Shown here: positions 16,448-25,642 of the stretch, one piece after another
Position numbering within the stretch: the first letter of the stretch is position 1
Layout of the letters: every line of letters starts with the position of its first letter
Source: Candidatus Eiseniibacteriota bacterium
GTDB lineage: Bacteria > Orphanbacterota > Orphanbacteria > Orphanbacterales > Orphanbacteraceae
Length of the DNA stretch: 64,000 nt
Direction: 5' to 3'
Assembly (NCBI GenBank): GCA_016930695.1
Contig: JAFGGD010000059.1
Coordinates: forward strand, 14,286-78,285
Made by a program: the position numbers and the translations under genes
Notes under the pieces: generated by a model
The model's input: the letters and a program-made list of their open reading frames with translations, nothing else
What the model was told of the DNA's origin: nothing
The model's database searches: none

Positions 16448-17197
16448 CTACAAGCTCTTCACCTGCAGGAAATCCAACTCCACGGGGGTCGCGCGGCCGA
16501 AGATGGTCACCATCACCTTCAGCTTGCCCCTCTCCGGATTGATCTCGTCCACCACACCGGTAAAATCGGTGAAGGGGCCGTCGCTCACCTTGACGTGCTC
16601 GCCCACGTGGAACGGCACGGTGGGCGTCGGCTTTTCCCGGGTCCCCTCGATGCGGCCCAGGATCAGATCGATCTCCTCGCCCGAGATCGGTTGCGGTTCG
16701 GCGCCGACGCCGACAAAACGGGTCACGCCCGGCGTGTTCATGACGACCCGCCACGTCTCGTCTTCCATTTCCATCTCGACGAGCACGTAACTGGGGAAGA
16801 ACTTCTTGTCGCTGATCGTCTTCTTGCCGTTCTTCATCTCCGCCACGCTCTCGGTCGGAACGAGAACCCGCTTCACCTTTTCTTTCAGGCCGGCTTGGGT
16901 GACGGCCCGTTCGATGTTCTTGGAGACCCGCTCTTCGTGGCCGGCATAGGTATGGACCACGAACCATTGAAAGCGGTCGTCCTTTTCCGGCTCCTTTTCG
17001 GCGGCCGGCTCTTCCGCCTGTTCGGTTTCGGCGGCGGTCTCCTCCGTCTGTTCCGGCTCCACGGCAGCCTCCTCCGCCTGCTCGGGCCGGGCGGACTCCG
17101 GCGTCTCGGCGGCGGCCTCGGCCGCCTCCGGCGGAGCTTCTACGGTCTCCCGGGGCTCCACGGCCCCTTCTTCCCGATCTTCTCTCACATCTTCCAT
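16448..17197 (-). CDS. nusG: Transcription termination/antitermination factor NusG with acidic N-terminal extension
   Basis: [22 protein letters not shown] domain DGPFTDFTG...FGRATPVEL. Confidence 0.98.
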   Translation of the reverse strand: MEDVREDREEGAVEPRETVEAPPEAAEAAAETPESARPEQAEEAAVEPEQTEETAAETEQAEEPAAEKEPEKDDRFQWFVVHTYAGHEERVSKNIERAVTQAGLKEKVKRVLVPTESVAEMKNGKKTISDKKFFPSYVLVEMEMEDETWRVVMNTPGVTRFVGVGAEPQPISGEEIDLILGRIEGTREKPTPTVPFHVGEHVKVSDGPFTDFTGVVDEINPERGKLKVMVTIFGRATPVELDFLQVKSL

Positions 17198-17221
17198 GGT
17201 TTTACACCACAGGAGGGGGGA

Positions 17222-17425
17222 CTAATGAAAGACGACGCGCATGATTCGCGAGAGGCCGAAGTCCACCACACCGATAAAGATCGCGATGAGGATTACGGCG
17301 ATGACGACCACCACCGTCGAGCTTTTCAGCTCGTTCCAATTAGGCCAGGCCACCTTCTGCAGCTCGATCCACACTTCGCGGAGGAAGTGGATCAATCTCT
17401 GTAAGGTTCCGGGCTGTTCACTCAT
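17222..17425 (-). CDS. secE: Preprotein translocase subunit SecE
   Basis: FLREVWIELQKVAWP motif plus one TM helix; between tRNA-Trp and nusG. Confidence 0.97.
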   Translation of the reverse strand: MSEQPGTLQRLIHFLREVWIELQKVAWPNWNELKSSTVVVVIAVILIAIFIGVVDFGLSRIMRVVFH

Positions 17426-17458
17426 GATTCCTTCTCCGGCGGATTGTCAGAAGAGAAA

Positions 17459-17531
17459 CAGGTCAGGCAGGGATCGAACCCGCAACCCCCGGTTTTGGAG
17501 ACCGGTGCTCTACCAATTGAGCTACTGACCT
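17459..17531 (-). tRNA. tRNA-Trp(CCA)
   Basis: AGGTCAGTAGCTCAATTGGTAGAGCACCGGTCTCCAAAACCGG...GGTTCGATCCCTGCCTGACCTG folds as a cloverleaf. Confidence 0.97.
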
Positions 17532-17550
17532 ATGCTCTCCTCTAGAGCCA

Positions 17551-17581
17551 GAAAGCGGGGGACGCGCCTCGCGCGCCCCCC
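17551..17581 (-). terminator. Possible intrinsic terminator or processing hairpin after tuf
   Basis: GGGGGCGCGC-GAG-GCGCGTCCCCC hairpin followed by GCTTTC on the minus strand; weak U tract. Confidence 0.4.
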
Positions 17582-17600
17582 GAGCGTTTTACTGTTCGCC

Positions 17601-18806
17601 TTACTCGATGATCTCGGCGATCACGCCCGCGCCGACGGTGCGCCCGCCTTCGCGGATGGCGAAGCGGAGCGTCTTTTCCATGGCGATCGGCGTGTGCAGT
17701 TCCACCGAAATTTCCACGTTATCACCGGGCATCACCATTTCGCGCCCTTCGGGCAACTTGGCCGTTCCGGTCACGTCGGTGGTCCGGAAGAAGAACTGCG
17801 GCCGGTAGCCGTCGAAGAACGGCGTGTGGCGCCCGCCCTCTTCTTTTTTCAGAATGTAGACCTCGCCGCGGAATTTGGTGTGCGGCGTGACCGAATTGGG
17901 AGCGGCGATGACCATGCCCCGCTCCAACTCCGTCTTCTCCATGCCCCGCAGGAGGAGGCCGATGTTGTCGCCGGCCTGCGCGTCGTCCATCAGCTTCCGG
18001 AACATCTCCACGCCGGTGACCACCGTGTCGCGGGTCTCTTTGATGCCGACGCGCTGCACCTTGTCGCCCACCTTCACCTTGCCGCGCTCGACACGGCCCG
18101 TTCCGACGGTGCCCCGGCCGGTGATGCTGAACACATCCTCGACGGGCATCAGGAAGGGCTTGTCGACTTCACGCTGCGGCTCGGGGATAAAGGTGTCGAT
18201 CGCGTCCATCAGCTCCTGGATGCACTTGTTGGCCTCGGGATCCTCGGGGTTGTTCATGGCGTGAAGAGCCGCGCCGCGGATCACGGGGGTTTCGTCTCCC
18301 GGGAAGTCGTAGGCGCTCAGAAGCTCTCGGACCTCCAGCTCGACGAGATCGAGGAGCTCCGGATCGTCGACGGTGTCCACCTTGTTCAGGAAGACGACGA
18401 TATAGGGCACGTTCACCTGGCGGGCGAGAAGCACATGCTCGCGGGTCTGCGGCATCGGGCCGTCGGCGGCGTCCACCACCAGGATGGCGCCGTCCATCTG
18501 CGCCGCGCCGGTGACCATGTTTTTCACGTAGTCCGCGTGACCGGGACAGTCCACGTGGGCGTAGTGCCGGTTCGCGGTTTCGTACTCGACGTGCGATGTC
18601 GCGATGGTCAGAATCTTAGTCGCGTCACGCCGCCCCTGGGATTCCGACGCCTTGGCCACTTCGTCATAGCTGATCGCCGTGGCGAATCCCTTTTTGGACT
18701 GAACCATGGTGATCGCGGAAGTGAGGGTGGTTTTCCCATGGTCCACGTGGCCGATCGTCCCCACGTTAACGTGTGGCTTCGTCCTTTGGAACTTCTCCTT
18801 CGCCAT
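17601..18806 (-). CDS. tuf: Elongation factor Tu
   Basis: [36 protein letters not shown]; non-canonical switch-I loop. Confidence 0.99.
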   Translation of the reverse strand: MAKEKFQRTKPHVNVGTIGHVDHGKTTLTSAITMVQSKKGFATAISYDEVAKASESQGRRDATKILTIATSHVEYETANRHYAHVDCPGHADYVKNMVTGAAQMDGAILVVDAADGPMPQTREHVLLARQVNVPYIVVFLNKVDTVDDPELLDLVELEVRELLSAYDFPGDETPVIRGAALHAMNNPEDPEANKCIQELMDAIDTFIPEPQREVDKPFLMPVEDVFSITGRGTVGTGRVERGKVKVGDKVQRVGIKETRDTVVTGVEMFRKLMDDAQAGDNIGLLLRGMEKTELERGMVIAAPNSVTPHTKFRGEVYILKKEEGGRHTPFFDGYRPQFFFRTTDVTGTAKLPEGREMVMPGDNVEISVELHTPIAMEKTLRFAIREGGRTVGAGVIAEIIE

Positions 18807-18865
18807 CTCTACAGATCCTCCTGATTTCCGAATGGGCGGCGAGGCGTCTGGCCCGATGCTCGGGA

Positions 18866-18941
18866 TGGAGCCCACGACCCGATTTGAACGGGTGACCTAT
18901 TGCTTACCATGCAATTGCTCTACCGACTGAGCTACGTGGGC
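18866..18941 (-). tRNA. tRNA-Thr(GGT)
   Basis: GCCCACGTAGCTCAG...ATTGC-ATGGTAA-GCAAT...GTTCAAATC...GTGGGCTCCA. Confidence 0.96.
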
Positions 18942-19027
18942 CGATTCCCTCTTGCCGCGATCTTTAGTTGCGTCGGTTCCCTGTTTTTCGTTCCGTGACG
19001 GTTGACACCGTCGCTCGCTTCCGGTAT

Positions 19028-19104
19028 TGGAGCGGGAAACGGGATTCGAACCCGCGACCCTCAGCTTGGAAGGCTGATGCTCTAGCCAGCTGAGCTATTC
19101 CCGC
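19028..19104 (-). tRNA. tRNA-Gly(TCC)
   Basis: GCGGGAATAGCTCAG...CAGCCTTCCAAGCTG...GGTTCGAATCCCGTTTCCCGCTCCA. Confidence 0.97.
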
Positions 19105-19266
19105 GCGGTCGGGCGCGCGCCGGCATTTTCCGGCGCCGCACGGATTTATTTTACACCTCACGTGGAGGCGGAAGCTGCCCTTTCCGGTTCCTGCCCCACG
19201 CGGCTTTCCATCAAAAAGCCCGCCACGCGGGATGGGATGCCGGATCGATCGATCCTCGAATCGATA

Positions 19267-19348
19267 TGGGGAGGGGAGGATTCGAACCTCCGAAGGCATC
19301 GCCGACAGATTTACAGTCTGTTCCCTTTGGCCGCTCGGGAACCTCCCC
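19267..19348 (-). tRNA. tRNA-Tyr(GTA)
   Basis: GGGGAGGTTCCCGAGCGGCCAAAGGG...CAGACTGTAAATCTG, long variable arm, GGTTCGAATCC. Confidence 0.97.
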
Positions 19349-19415
19349 ATAGAAACCAAGATCTCGGACGCGTCGCGAAGACCAATGCCTATTCTTCGCG
19401 GCTCACTTTTTGGGG

Positions 19416-19488
19416 AGCTGGCGAGAGGACTTGAACCCCCAACCACCTCATTACAAGTGAGATGCTCTACCAGTTGAGCTACGCCAGC
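19416..19488 (-). tRNA. tRNA-Thr(TGT)
   Basis: GCTGGCGTAGCTCAACTGGTAGAGC...CTCACTTGTAATGAG...GGTTCAAGTCC...CGCCAGCT. Confidence 0.97.
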
Positions 19489-19530
19489 GGGTATCGCTCA
19501 CAGAGACGCGCTCGCAGAGACAGAAGCTAC

Positions 19531-19559
19531 AAAGTAGCACCGGCTTTGCACCCTGTCAA
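19531..19559 (-). promoter_or_regulatory. Sigma70-type promoter of the tRNA-tuf operon
   Basis: TTGACA (19559-19554), 17-nt spacer, TGC-TACTTT extended -10, about 40 nt upstream of tRNA-Thr. Confidence 0.7.
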
Positions 19560-19650
19560 CGGGTTTTACCGGAAGAGTGGATAAATCCTATTTCTTTTTT
19601 CAAGGACCCTCAAAGGTTTTTTTTCAAGGGATCGCGAAGATGCAAAGCGG

Positions 19651-19680
19651 TTGCGCCCGGGGCGGCCCGGGTGCTATGAT
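19651..19680 (+). promoter_or_regulatory. Possible sigma70 promoter for the divergent glycosyltransferase genes
   Basis: TTGCGC, 18-nt spacer, TGC-TATGAT. Confidence 0.45.
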
Positions 19681-19831
19681 CCAACTCGTTGCATTTTAGG
19701 CAATTAGCGGCCATCCCCGGGGCGGGACAAAGCCGATCCGTTCGAGGAAAATACATGTATTCTTTTTCATTGCAACGCGTTCCGGAGATCTCGCCTTGCG
19801 CGGCGCTTCGGTCGGGACCGAAAGGGGACCG

Positions 19832-21883
19832 ATGAAGAACCGCGTCTATCTCTTTCTCGCCTTGATCGCCCTCGTTCCAAGGGTGTTTTTTTTCATCGAA
19901 TCGGCCGGCGCCCCCCTCTCCCAATATCCTTACCTAGACGCCGCCTCCTACGACGAGTGGGCCCGAAAGGTGGCAGGCGGAGAATGTATCGGGGAGAGGG
20001 CGTTTCACATGGCGCCCCTCTACCCCTACCTTCTCGGCGCACTCTACCGGATCGCGGGGAGAAACCTTTCGGCGGTTCACGCCGCCCAGCACATCCTCGG
20101 AATCCTCAACTTGTTGCTTGTGTTTGCGATAGCGAATCGACTCTTCGGTCGGCGGACGGCATGGCTCGCCTTCCTCCTCGCCCTCGGATACGGTCCTCTC
20201 CTGTATTTCGAAGGGCAAATCCTCGCCTCCACTCTCGGCGTAACTTTTGGCTTGTTAAGCCTTTACCTTTTCATTCGCGCTTTCGGCGCGGGGGGGAAGG
20301 GGCTGTTTACGGCGGGACTCGTTCTCGGGATCGGCTCGGTCGCCCGCCCGAATCTGATCTTCTTCGTCCCTCTCGTACTCATCTGGGCGCTCTTTGGCGA
20401 AAGGGTGGGGCTCCGCCGCACCGCGGCCGCCTTGGCGGGCGTACTGATCGCCCTCATTCCGCCTGTCGCCCATAACTACTATGTGGAAAAGGACTTCATA
20501 CCCATCTCCAGCCACGGCGGGATCAGCTTCTATCTGGGGAACGGACCCTACACGCAGGGGACTTACGCCCCGCCGCCGGAGTTCGGCGGCAATCCGGAGG
20601 CGATCGACATCATCGATTCGAGGAGGCTCGCCGAGGAGGCGGCCGGGCGGCCGCTCAAGGCGTCGGAAATCTCTAACTACTGGTATGGAAAGAGCTTCGA
20701 GTTCATGCGGGAAAATCCCCTCCGCTACACCCGGCTTCTCCTGCGGAAAATCGCGCTTTACGTGAACGCCCACGAGATCCCCCTGGACGTCAATTACGAT
20801 TTCGACCGCCGCCTCTACAGGACGCTCCGTTGGTCCCCTTTCCCGATCGGCGTTCTCTTCCCCCTCGCTTTCCTGGGAGGGCTTCTCCTGATTCGCCGGG
20901 GCGGAAGGGGGAACCTCTTGGTTCTCTTCCTTCTGGCGAACGCCGCATCGGTCATCGCCTTCTTCATTTGCGCGCGCTACCGCCAGACCGCCATGCCGGC
21001 GGCGGCGATTCTGGCCGCCTTCGCGGTGATCCGCCTGTTCGAAACGGCGCGGGCCGGGCGCTGGCGAAGTCTGGCCGCGCTCGTCGCGCTCCTCCTCCTT
21101 TTCGGCGCCGTCGTTCATCTCGATCTTTACACGGGCCGACAAACGGGTGACGCCCGCTCCGCGGTCGTTCTGGGGCGGGCGTATGCTTCCGCGGGAGACG
21201 AAGGAGAGGCGGAGAAGGCTTTCCGGGAGGCGGTCCGTATCGTCCCCGGATACGCCGACGGCTGGATGAACCTCGGCCTTCTTCTCTACCGGGGGAAACG
21301 CTTCGATGAGGCCGCGGAGGCTTTCGGCGAGGCGACGCGCGCGGCGCCCGGTTTCGCCGGCGCGTGGAACAACCTGGGGAACGCCCTTCGCGAGGGAGGA
21401 GAGACGGAACGCGCCGCCTCGGCAATCGCCGAAGCGACCCGCCGCGACCCGGGTTACGCCGGCGCATGGAGCAACCTGGCGATCACTCTGGAGCGGCTTG
21501 GACGATATAAGGAAGCGGAGGCGGCCCACCGCCGCGCGATCGAGGCGGACCCTCGAACGCTGCACTGGCGGGCGAATCTGGCCGGGTTCCTCTTCGAGCG
21601 GGGACGCCTGGAGGAGGCGAAGACGGTTTCGGAAGACGCCGCCCGCGCCCTTCCGGACGATCCCGGCGCCGCGGTTCTGGCGGAGAAGGTCCGTTTCGCG
21701 GCCGAGCGTTACCTCCTTGCGCGGGAGAGGAGCGCGGCGGGAGACCGGGAGGGAGCGCTCCGGGCGCTCGCCGAGGCGGTGCGCGCCGGTGGGGAGGGGG
21801 CGCTCCGTCTCGCCGAGAGTGACCCCGCGTTCGCCCCGCTCCGCGAGGAGAGGGGAGACACCGGAGGAGGAGAGGGGCGATGA
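19832..21883 (+). CDS. Polytopic GT-C (ArnT/PMT, GT39-like) glycosyltransferase with C-terminal TPR repeats
   Basis: Many TM segments; first loop PYLDAASYDEWA...APLYPYLLG; TPRs such as AWNNLGNAL, AWSNLAITL; start at ATG 19832. Confidence 0.8.
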   Translation: MKNRVYLFLALIALVPRVFFFIESAGAPLSQYPYLDAASYDEWARKVAGGECIGERAFHMAPLYPYLLGALYRIAGRNLSAVHAAQHILGILNLLLVFAIANRLFGRRTAWLAFLLALGYGPLLYFEGQILASTLGVTFGLLSLYLFIRAFGAGGKGLFTAGLVLGIGSVARPNLIFFVPLVLIWALFGERVGLRRTAAALAGVLIALIPPVAHNYYVEKDFIPISSHGGISFYLGNGPYTQGTYAPPPEFGGNPEAIDIIDSRRLAEEAAGRPLKASEISNYWYGKSFEFMRENPLRYTRLLLRKIALYVNAHEIPLDVNYDFDRRLYRTLRWSPFPIGVLFPLAFLGGLLLIRRGGRGNLLVLFLLANAASVIAFFICARYRQTAMPAAAILAAFAVIRLFETARAGRWRSLAALVALLLLFGAVVHLDLYTGRQTGDARSAVVLGRAYASAGDEGEAEKAFREAVRIVPGYADGWMNLGLLLYRGKRFDEAAEAFGEATRAAPGFAGAWNNLGNALREGGETERAASAIAEATRRDPGYAGAWSNLAITLERLGRYKEAEAAHRRAIEADPRTLHWRANLAGFLFERGRLEEAKTVSEDAARALPDDPGAAVLAEKVRFAAERYLLARERSAAGDREGALRALAEAVRAGGEGALRLAESDPAFAPLREERGDTGGGEGR

Positions 21884-22860
21884 GAGGGGAGAGGGTCTCG
21901 GTGGTGATTCCCGTCCGGAACGCCGAGAGAACGATCGAAGGGACCCTTCGGGCGATCGCGGCCCTGACGACCCCTCCCGACGAAGTGGTGCTCGTCGATG
22001 ATGGTTGCACCGACGGCACCATCGAGAAGGCCCGCCCCTTCGGATGCCGCGTGGTCCCCTCCCGGGAGCCCGGCGGGGTGGCCGCCGCGCGGAACACGGG
22101 CGCCGCCGAGGCGACGGGCGGGATCCTACTCTTCGTCGACGCGGACGTGGAATTGGACCCCGGCGCCCTCGACGCCGCCCTCGGGACGCTCGGCGACCCG
22201 GACGTCCATGTCGCCGTCGGCCTTCAGTCCCCCCGATCGGTCTTCCCCAACGCGGCGAGCGTCTACAAAAACCTCTGGCTCCACTACACGTACAAGGAGA
22301 GGGCCAAGAGGGTCTCGGTGATCTATTCCAGCGCCGTCGCGATCCGCCGCGAAGCATACGAGCGCGTCGGCGGTTTTGACACCAACTACAAAACCCCCAA
22401 CATCGAGGATTCGGACCTCGGCAAGCGCATCACCGAGGCGGGGTTTCGAATGGCCGTCTCCCCCGGTCTCCGCTTTCTCCATATCAAGAGGTACTCGGTC
22501 GCGTCCATGATCCGTACCGACTTCCATCGCACCGTGGGGATGATGAAAGTGCAGATCCGTGACCGTTTCCGTCGCATCTATCACGAGAACTACACCTCCA
22601 TTCCCACATCTTTCCTGATCTCCTGCCTCGCCCCTTGGACCGCCATCCCCCTCGGGGTGCTCTTCGGCGCCGCGCCCGCCCTTCTGGCCCCCCCGCTCCT
22701 GGCGCTCATTCTGAACCACCATTGGCTCCGCTTTGTCGCCGGTTCGGGAGGGACGCGCCTCGCCCTCGCCGGCGTCCCTCTCCTCTTCTTGGACATTCTG
22801 TCCGTCAATCTGGGGGCGATCTGGGGGGCTCTCGACTACCTGCGGGGCAAAACCTACTGA
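21880..22860 (+). CDS. Family 2 glycosyltransferase with C-terminal TM helices
   Basis: VSVVIPVRN, VLVDDGCTD, LLFVDAD (DxD), IEDSDL; ATGA overlap with the upstream gene. Confidence 0.9.
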   Translation: MRGERVSVVIPVRNAERTIEGTLRAIAALTTPPDEVVLVDDGCTDGTIEKARPFGCRVVPSREPGGVAAARNTGAAEATGGILLFVDADVELDPGALDAALGTLGDPDVHVAVGLQSPRSVFPNAASVYKNLWLHYTYKERAKRVSVIYSSAVAIRREAYERVGGFDTNYKTPNIEDSDLGKRITEAGFRMAVSPGLRFLHIKRYSVASMIRTDFHRTVGMMKVQIRDRFRRIYHENYTSIPTSFLISCLAPWTAIPLGVLFGAAPALLAPPLLALILNHHWLRFVAGSGGTRLALAGVPLLFLDILSVNLGAIWGALDYLRGKTY

Positions 22861-22988
22861 TCCGACCACTCCCCTCGCACCACCGCGCCCCGGCTGCGCC
22901 GGAAGAAAAAAGAAAAGCCACCCCCCTAAAGCTTTCCCGGTCTTCCTGCCGATAACGAGAGTGGAGGGATGAGGAAAGGAGTATCGCC

Positions 22989-23174
22989 GTGGAGCGCGAA
23001 ATCCTGACCGCCGAGCAAGTGGCCGATTATCTTCGGCTCAGCCGGAAATCGGTCTACCGTCTCGCACGGGCCGGCGTTCTCCCCGCCAAAAAAATCATGA
23101 ATCAGTGGCGGTTCGAGCGCAGTCAATTGAACGAGTGGATGCGGGAAAAAGAGAACGAGCCGGTCAACGTTTAA
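22989..23174 (+). CDS. Small excisionase-like helix-turn-helix DNA-binding protein (HTH_17)
   Basis: ILTAEQVADYLRLSRKSVYRLAR.G.LPAKK...WRF; AAGGAG SD. Confidence 0.88.
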   Translation: MEREILTAEQVADYLRLSRKSVYRLARAGVLPAKKIMNQWRFERSQLNEWMREKENEPVNV

Positions 23175-25303
23175 TCGGCGGCCGTCGATTCTCCGTCATC
23201 GGAATGACTGGAAGAGCGGGTCGGGGGGAAGCTCCCGGCCCCATTTCGTTCTAGAAGGTCCCGCACCACGCCGTCCTCCGGTCGCAGGACGAGATATCGC
23301 TCCAGACAGGGGATGGCTTCTTCCGCGCGGCCGGCGCGGAGGAAGAGGAATCCGAGACGGCGGAGCGCTTCCGGAAAATCGGGGTCGATCCGGAGCGCCG
23401 CGGCGTATTCACGCGCCGCCTCCGCCGGACGGTCCTCCTGCTCGAAAACCCACCCCAGTCGCACGCGGACCTGCTTGCTCTCCTCGATCCCGACAAGATC
23501 CTCCAATGCGCCGCGCGCCTCCGCGAACCGACCGACCTTTTCATAGGCCCGGGCCAGATTGTAGAGTACCTCGCGGTTGCGCGGCGCCGACGCCCGCCCG
23601 ATCTCGAGCTGCCGCACAGCCTCGTCGAGGTCGCCGCGCTGGAGAAGAAGGGCGCCCAGGTTGTTTCGGAGATCCGGATTGCGCGGCTCCCAGCGAATCG
23701 CCTTCTCCATCTCCACCTCCGCCGAATCGGTCCGTCCGTTGCGAAAATGGATCCCGGCCAGGTTCGCCCGCGCTTTGGCGTGATCCGGAGCGACGCGCAG
23801 TACCCTCTCGTAGGCGTAGCGCGCCTCCTCCTCTTCCCCCATGGCCTCCAACACCAGACCGCGGTTGTTCCAGACGTCCGGGTCGTCCGGGTTGCGCTCG
23901 AGCGCGCGGTCGTACTGCGCGAGCGCCCCGCCGAGGTCGCCCCGTTCGTCCAACCTCTTCCCTAGATGGAGTTCGACCCGAACGAGACCATTCTCGGGGA
24001 GACGAAGGGGAGTTCCGTTCAGCAGGAGAAAGAGGACCGCCGCCGTGACCGCTCCCGCCGCGCGGGGCGGGCGTTCGCGCATCCCCCGAAGAACGCCGGG
24101 AAGCGCGGAAGCGGCGAAAAGAACCAGAAGCGGGAAGACGGGCATCCGATAACGGGACGCGTAGGGGAAGAAGAGAACGGCGACGACATAGGAAAGCAGA
24201 AAGAGGAGGGGGAGATTTTCCAGCGGCCGGCGCCGGAGCGCGGAGAAGACGCCCAGAACGGCGAAGGGGAGGATCGCGCCGGCGGTGAGGAAGGGGATTC
24301 CGAGCGCCGGGCAGGCGTCGCGGAACCAACCGAAGTCCTGGCTCGTGTCCACCTCCCAACCTCCCCAGAACAGCAAGAACCGTTTGCCGATCCGGCGGAG
24401 AGCACCGGCCGGATCGGCGGCCATTTCCTCCAGCCCCTCTCGATAGTAGAAACGATCCAGGTCGGATTGACGCCCGGTCCCCACCTCGTCGGCGAGCCGT
24501 TCGATCCTCTTCCACTCGATCCCCGGCCGGACCGAAGCGAGACCGTCGGCCCCGGTGCGGTTGGCGATATAGAAGTTCATGCCGCCGTTCGACTGGATCG
24601 GCACCGGGTCGCCGATCGCCGCGTTCCGCACGGCGACGGGGGCGATCAGGGCCGCCGTTCCCGCCAGGATCGCCGCCGCGCGAAGCGCCCCCCGCGGAGC
24701 ACGGAGCCGCGCCGCCCAGAAGAGGATCGCCGGGAGGGTGACGAGCACCGTGGGACGCGTGATCGCCGAGAGCCCCGCCAACACGCCGACGGCGATCCAC
24801 GCGGCGGGGCGGGAACGACGGCGCGCCAGCTCCACCGCGATTCGGAGGAGAAGCAGATCGAGCAGGATGACCCATGTGGTCGCGAGCAGCTGCCCCTCGA
24901 ACCAGAGGAAGCGCGGGTAGAGGGCCGCGGCGAGCAGCGCGATCCACGCCGCGGTCCTCCCGCAAAGGGCGCGCGTCAGATCATAGAGGAGGAGGAGCAC
25001 CCCGAGACCGAGGAGGTGCTGGACCACGTAGGCGGCCGGCTGCGACCCTCCCGCCCTCTGCAACAGGGCGAGAAAGTAGGGATAGAAGGGACCGTGAATA
25101 TGGACGCGTTGCCAGAGCCATTCTCCCGACGCGATTCGCGTCGCCCACCCCCAGTATTCGGCCGCGTCGATGATCGGGTAGGAAAAGAAGGGGGTGTGGG
25201 AGAGTTCGCGAAGATAGAGGAGCCGGAGCGCGAAGGAGGCGAGCAGCGCGAGGGCGACCGCCGCCCCCTCCCGCCGCCCATATCCCCCGGTGCGTCCCCT
25301 CAC
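23171..25303 (-). CDS. Second GT-C (GT39-like) glycosyltransferase with TPR repeats
   Basis: PIIDAAEYWGWA...GPFYPYFLA, LSAITRPT, YASRYRMP; TPRs VWNNRGLVL, LRNNLGALL. Confidence 0.8.
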   Translation of the reverse strand: MRGRTGGYGRREGAAVALALLASFALRLLYLRELSHTPFFSYPIIDAAEYWGWATRIASGEWLWQRVHIHGPFYPYFLALLQRAGGSQPAAYVVQHLLGLGVLLLLYDLTRALCGRTAAWIALLAAALYPRFLWFEGQLLATTWVILLDLLLLRIAVELARRRSRPAAWIAVGVLAGLSAITRPTVLVTLPAILFWAARLRAPRGALRAAAILAGTAALIAPVAVRNAAIGDPVPIQSNGGMNFYIANRTGADGLASVRPGIEWKRIERLADEVGTGRQSDLDRFYYREGLEEMAADPAGALRRIGKRFLLFWGGWEVDTSQDFGWFRDACPALGIPFLTAGAILPFAVLGVFSALRRRPLENLPLLFLLSYVVAVLFFPYASRYRMPVFPLLVLFAASALPGVLRGMRERPPRAAGAVTAAVLFLLLNGTPLRLPENGLVRVELHLGKRLDERGDLGGALAQYDRALERNPDDPDVWNNRGLVLEAMGEEEEARYAYERVLRVAPDHAKARANLAGIHFRNGRTDSAEVEMEKAIRWEPRNPDLRNNLGALLLQRGDLDEAVRQLEIGRASAPRNREVLYNLARAYEKVGRFAEARGALEDLVGIEESKQVRVRLGWVFEQEDRPAEAAREYAAALRIDPDFPEALRRLGFLFLRAGRAEEAIPCLERYLVLRPEDGVVRDLLERNGAGSFPPTRSSSHSDDGESTAAD

Positions 25304-25519
25304 CGCGCGCCCCCGATCGGAACGGCGCGGCCCTCCCGCGGGCGTCGGTCGCGGGCGAGAAAATTCACCGGTCGAAGAACCGGGAGGGAGAAGGAGCGGA
25401 ACACCGGAAAAGACCTCCTCACCCCGAGGGGGCGCGCCCCCTCATTCTACCAAAAAAGGACGAAAACGGGCCGGCGGCCCGCTTCCGTCCTCCGAGGAAC
25501 GGACTGGAAACGATCGACG

Positions 25520-25642
25520 CTACTCCGTCTGCTCCACCGTCGTGGTCTGGGCGTCGTTCTGCATCTTGGAACAGCTGCAGGAGCAGTAGGGGCTCAACAA
25601 TCCGACAAGAACGGCGGCGATCACGATCACGCGAACGACCAT
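25520..25642 (-). CDS. 40-aa hypothetical exported or lipid-anchored peptide with CSCSCS motif
   Basis: Strong SD GAGGAGG 8 nt before ATG 25642; MVVRVIVIAAVLVGLLSPYCSCSCSKMQNDAQTTTVEQTE. Confidence 0.55.
   Translation of the reverse strand: MVVRVIVIAAVLVGLLSPYCSCSCSKMQNDAQTTTVEQTE

Noticed and set aside
16598-16613. parS-like half site CCACGTGGAAC in nusG (similar half site near 54233)
   Set aside because: Only one arm matches and both lie in coding sequence.
18905-18911. A at position 32 of the tRNA-Thr(GGT) anticodon loop
   Set aside because: ATGGTAA loops are common in bacterial tRNA-Thr(GGU); not unusual.
19576-19584. DnaA-box-like AGTGGATAA
   Set aside because: Single box with one mismatch, no cluster and no DUE; not enough to call oriC.
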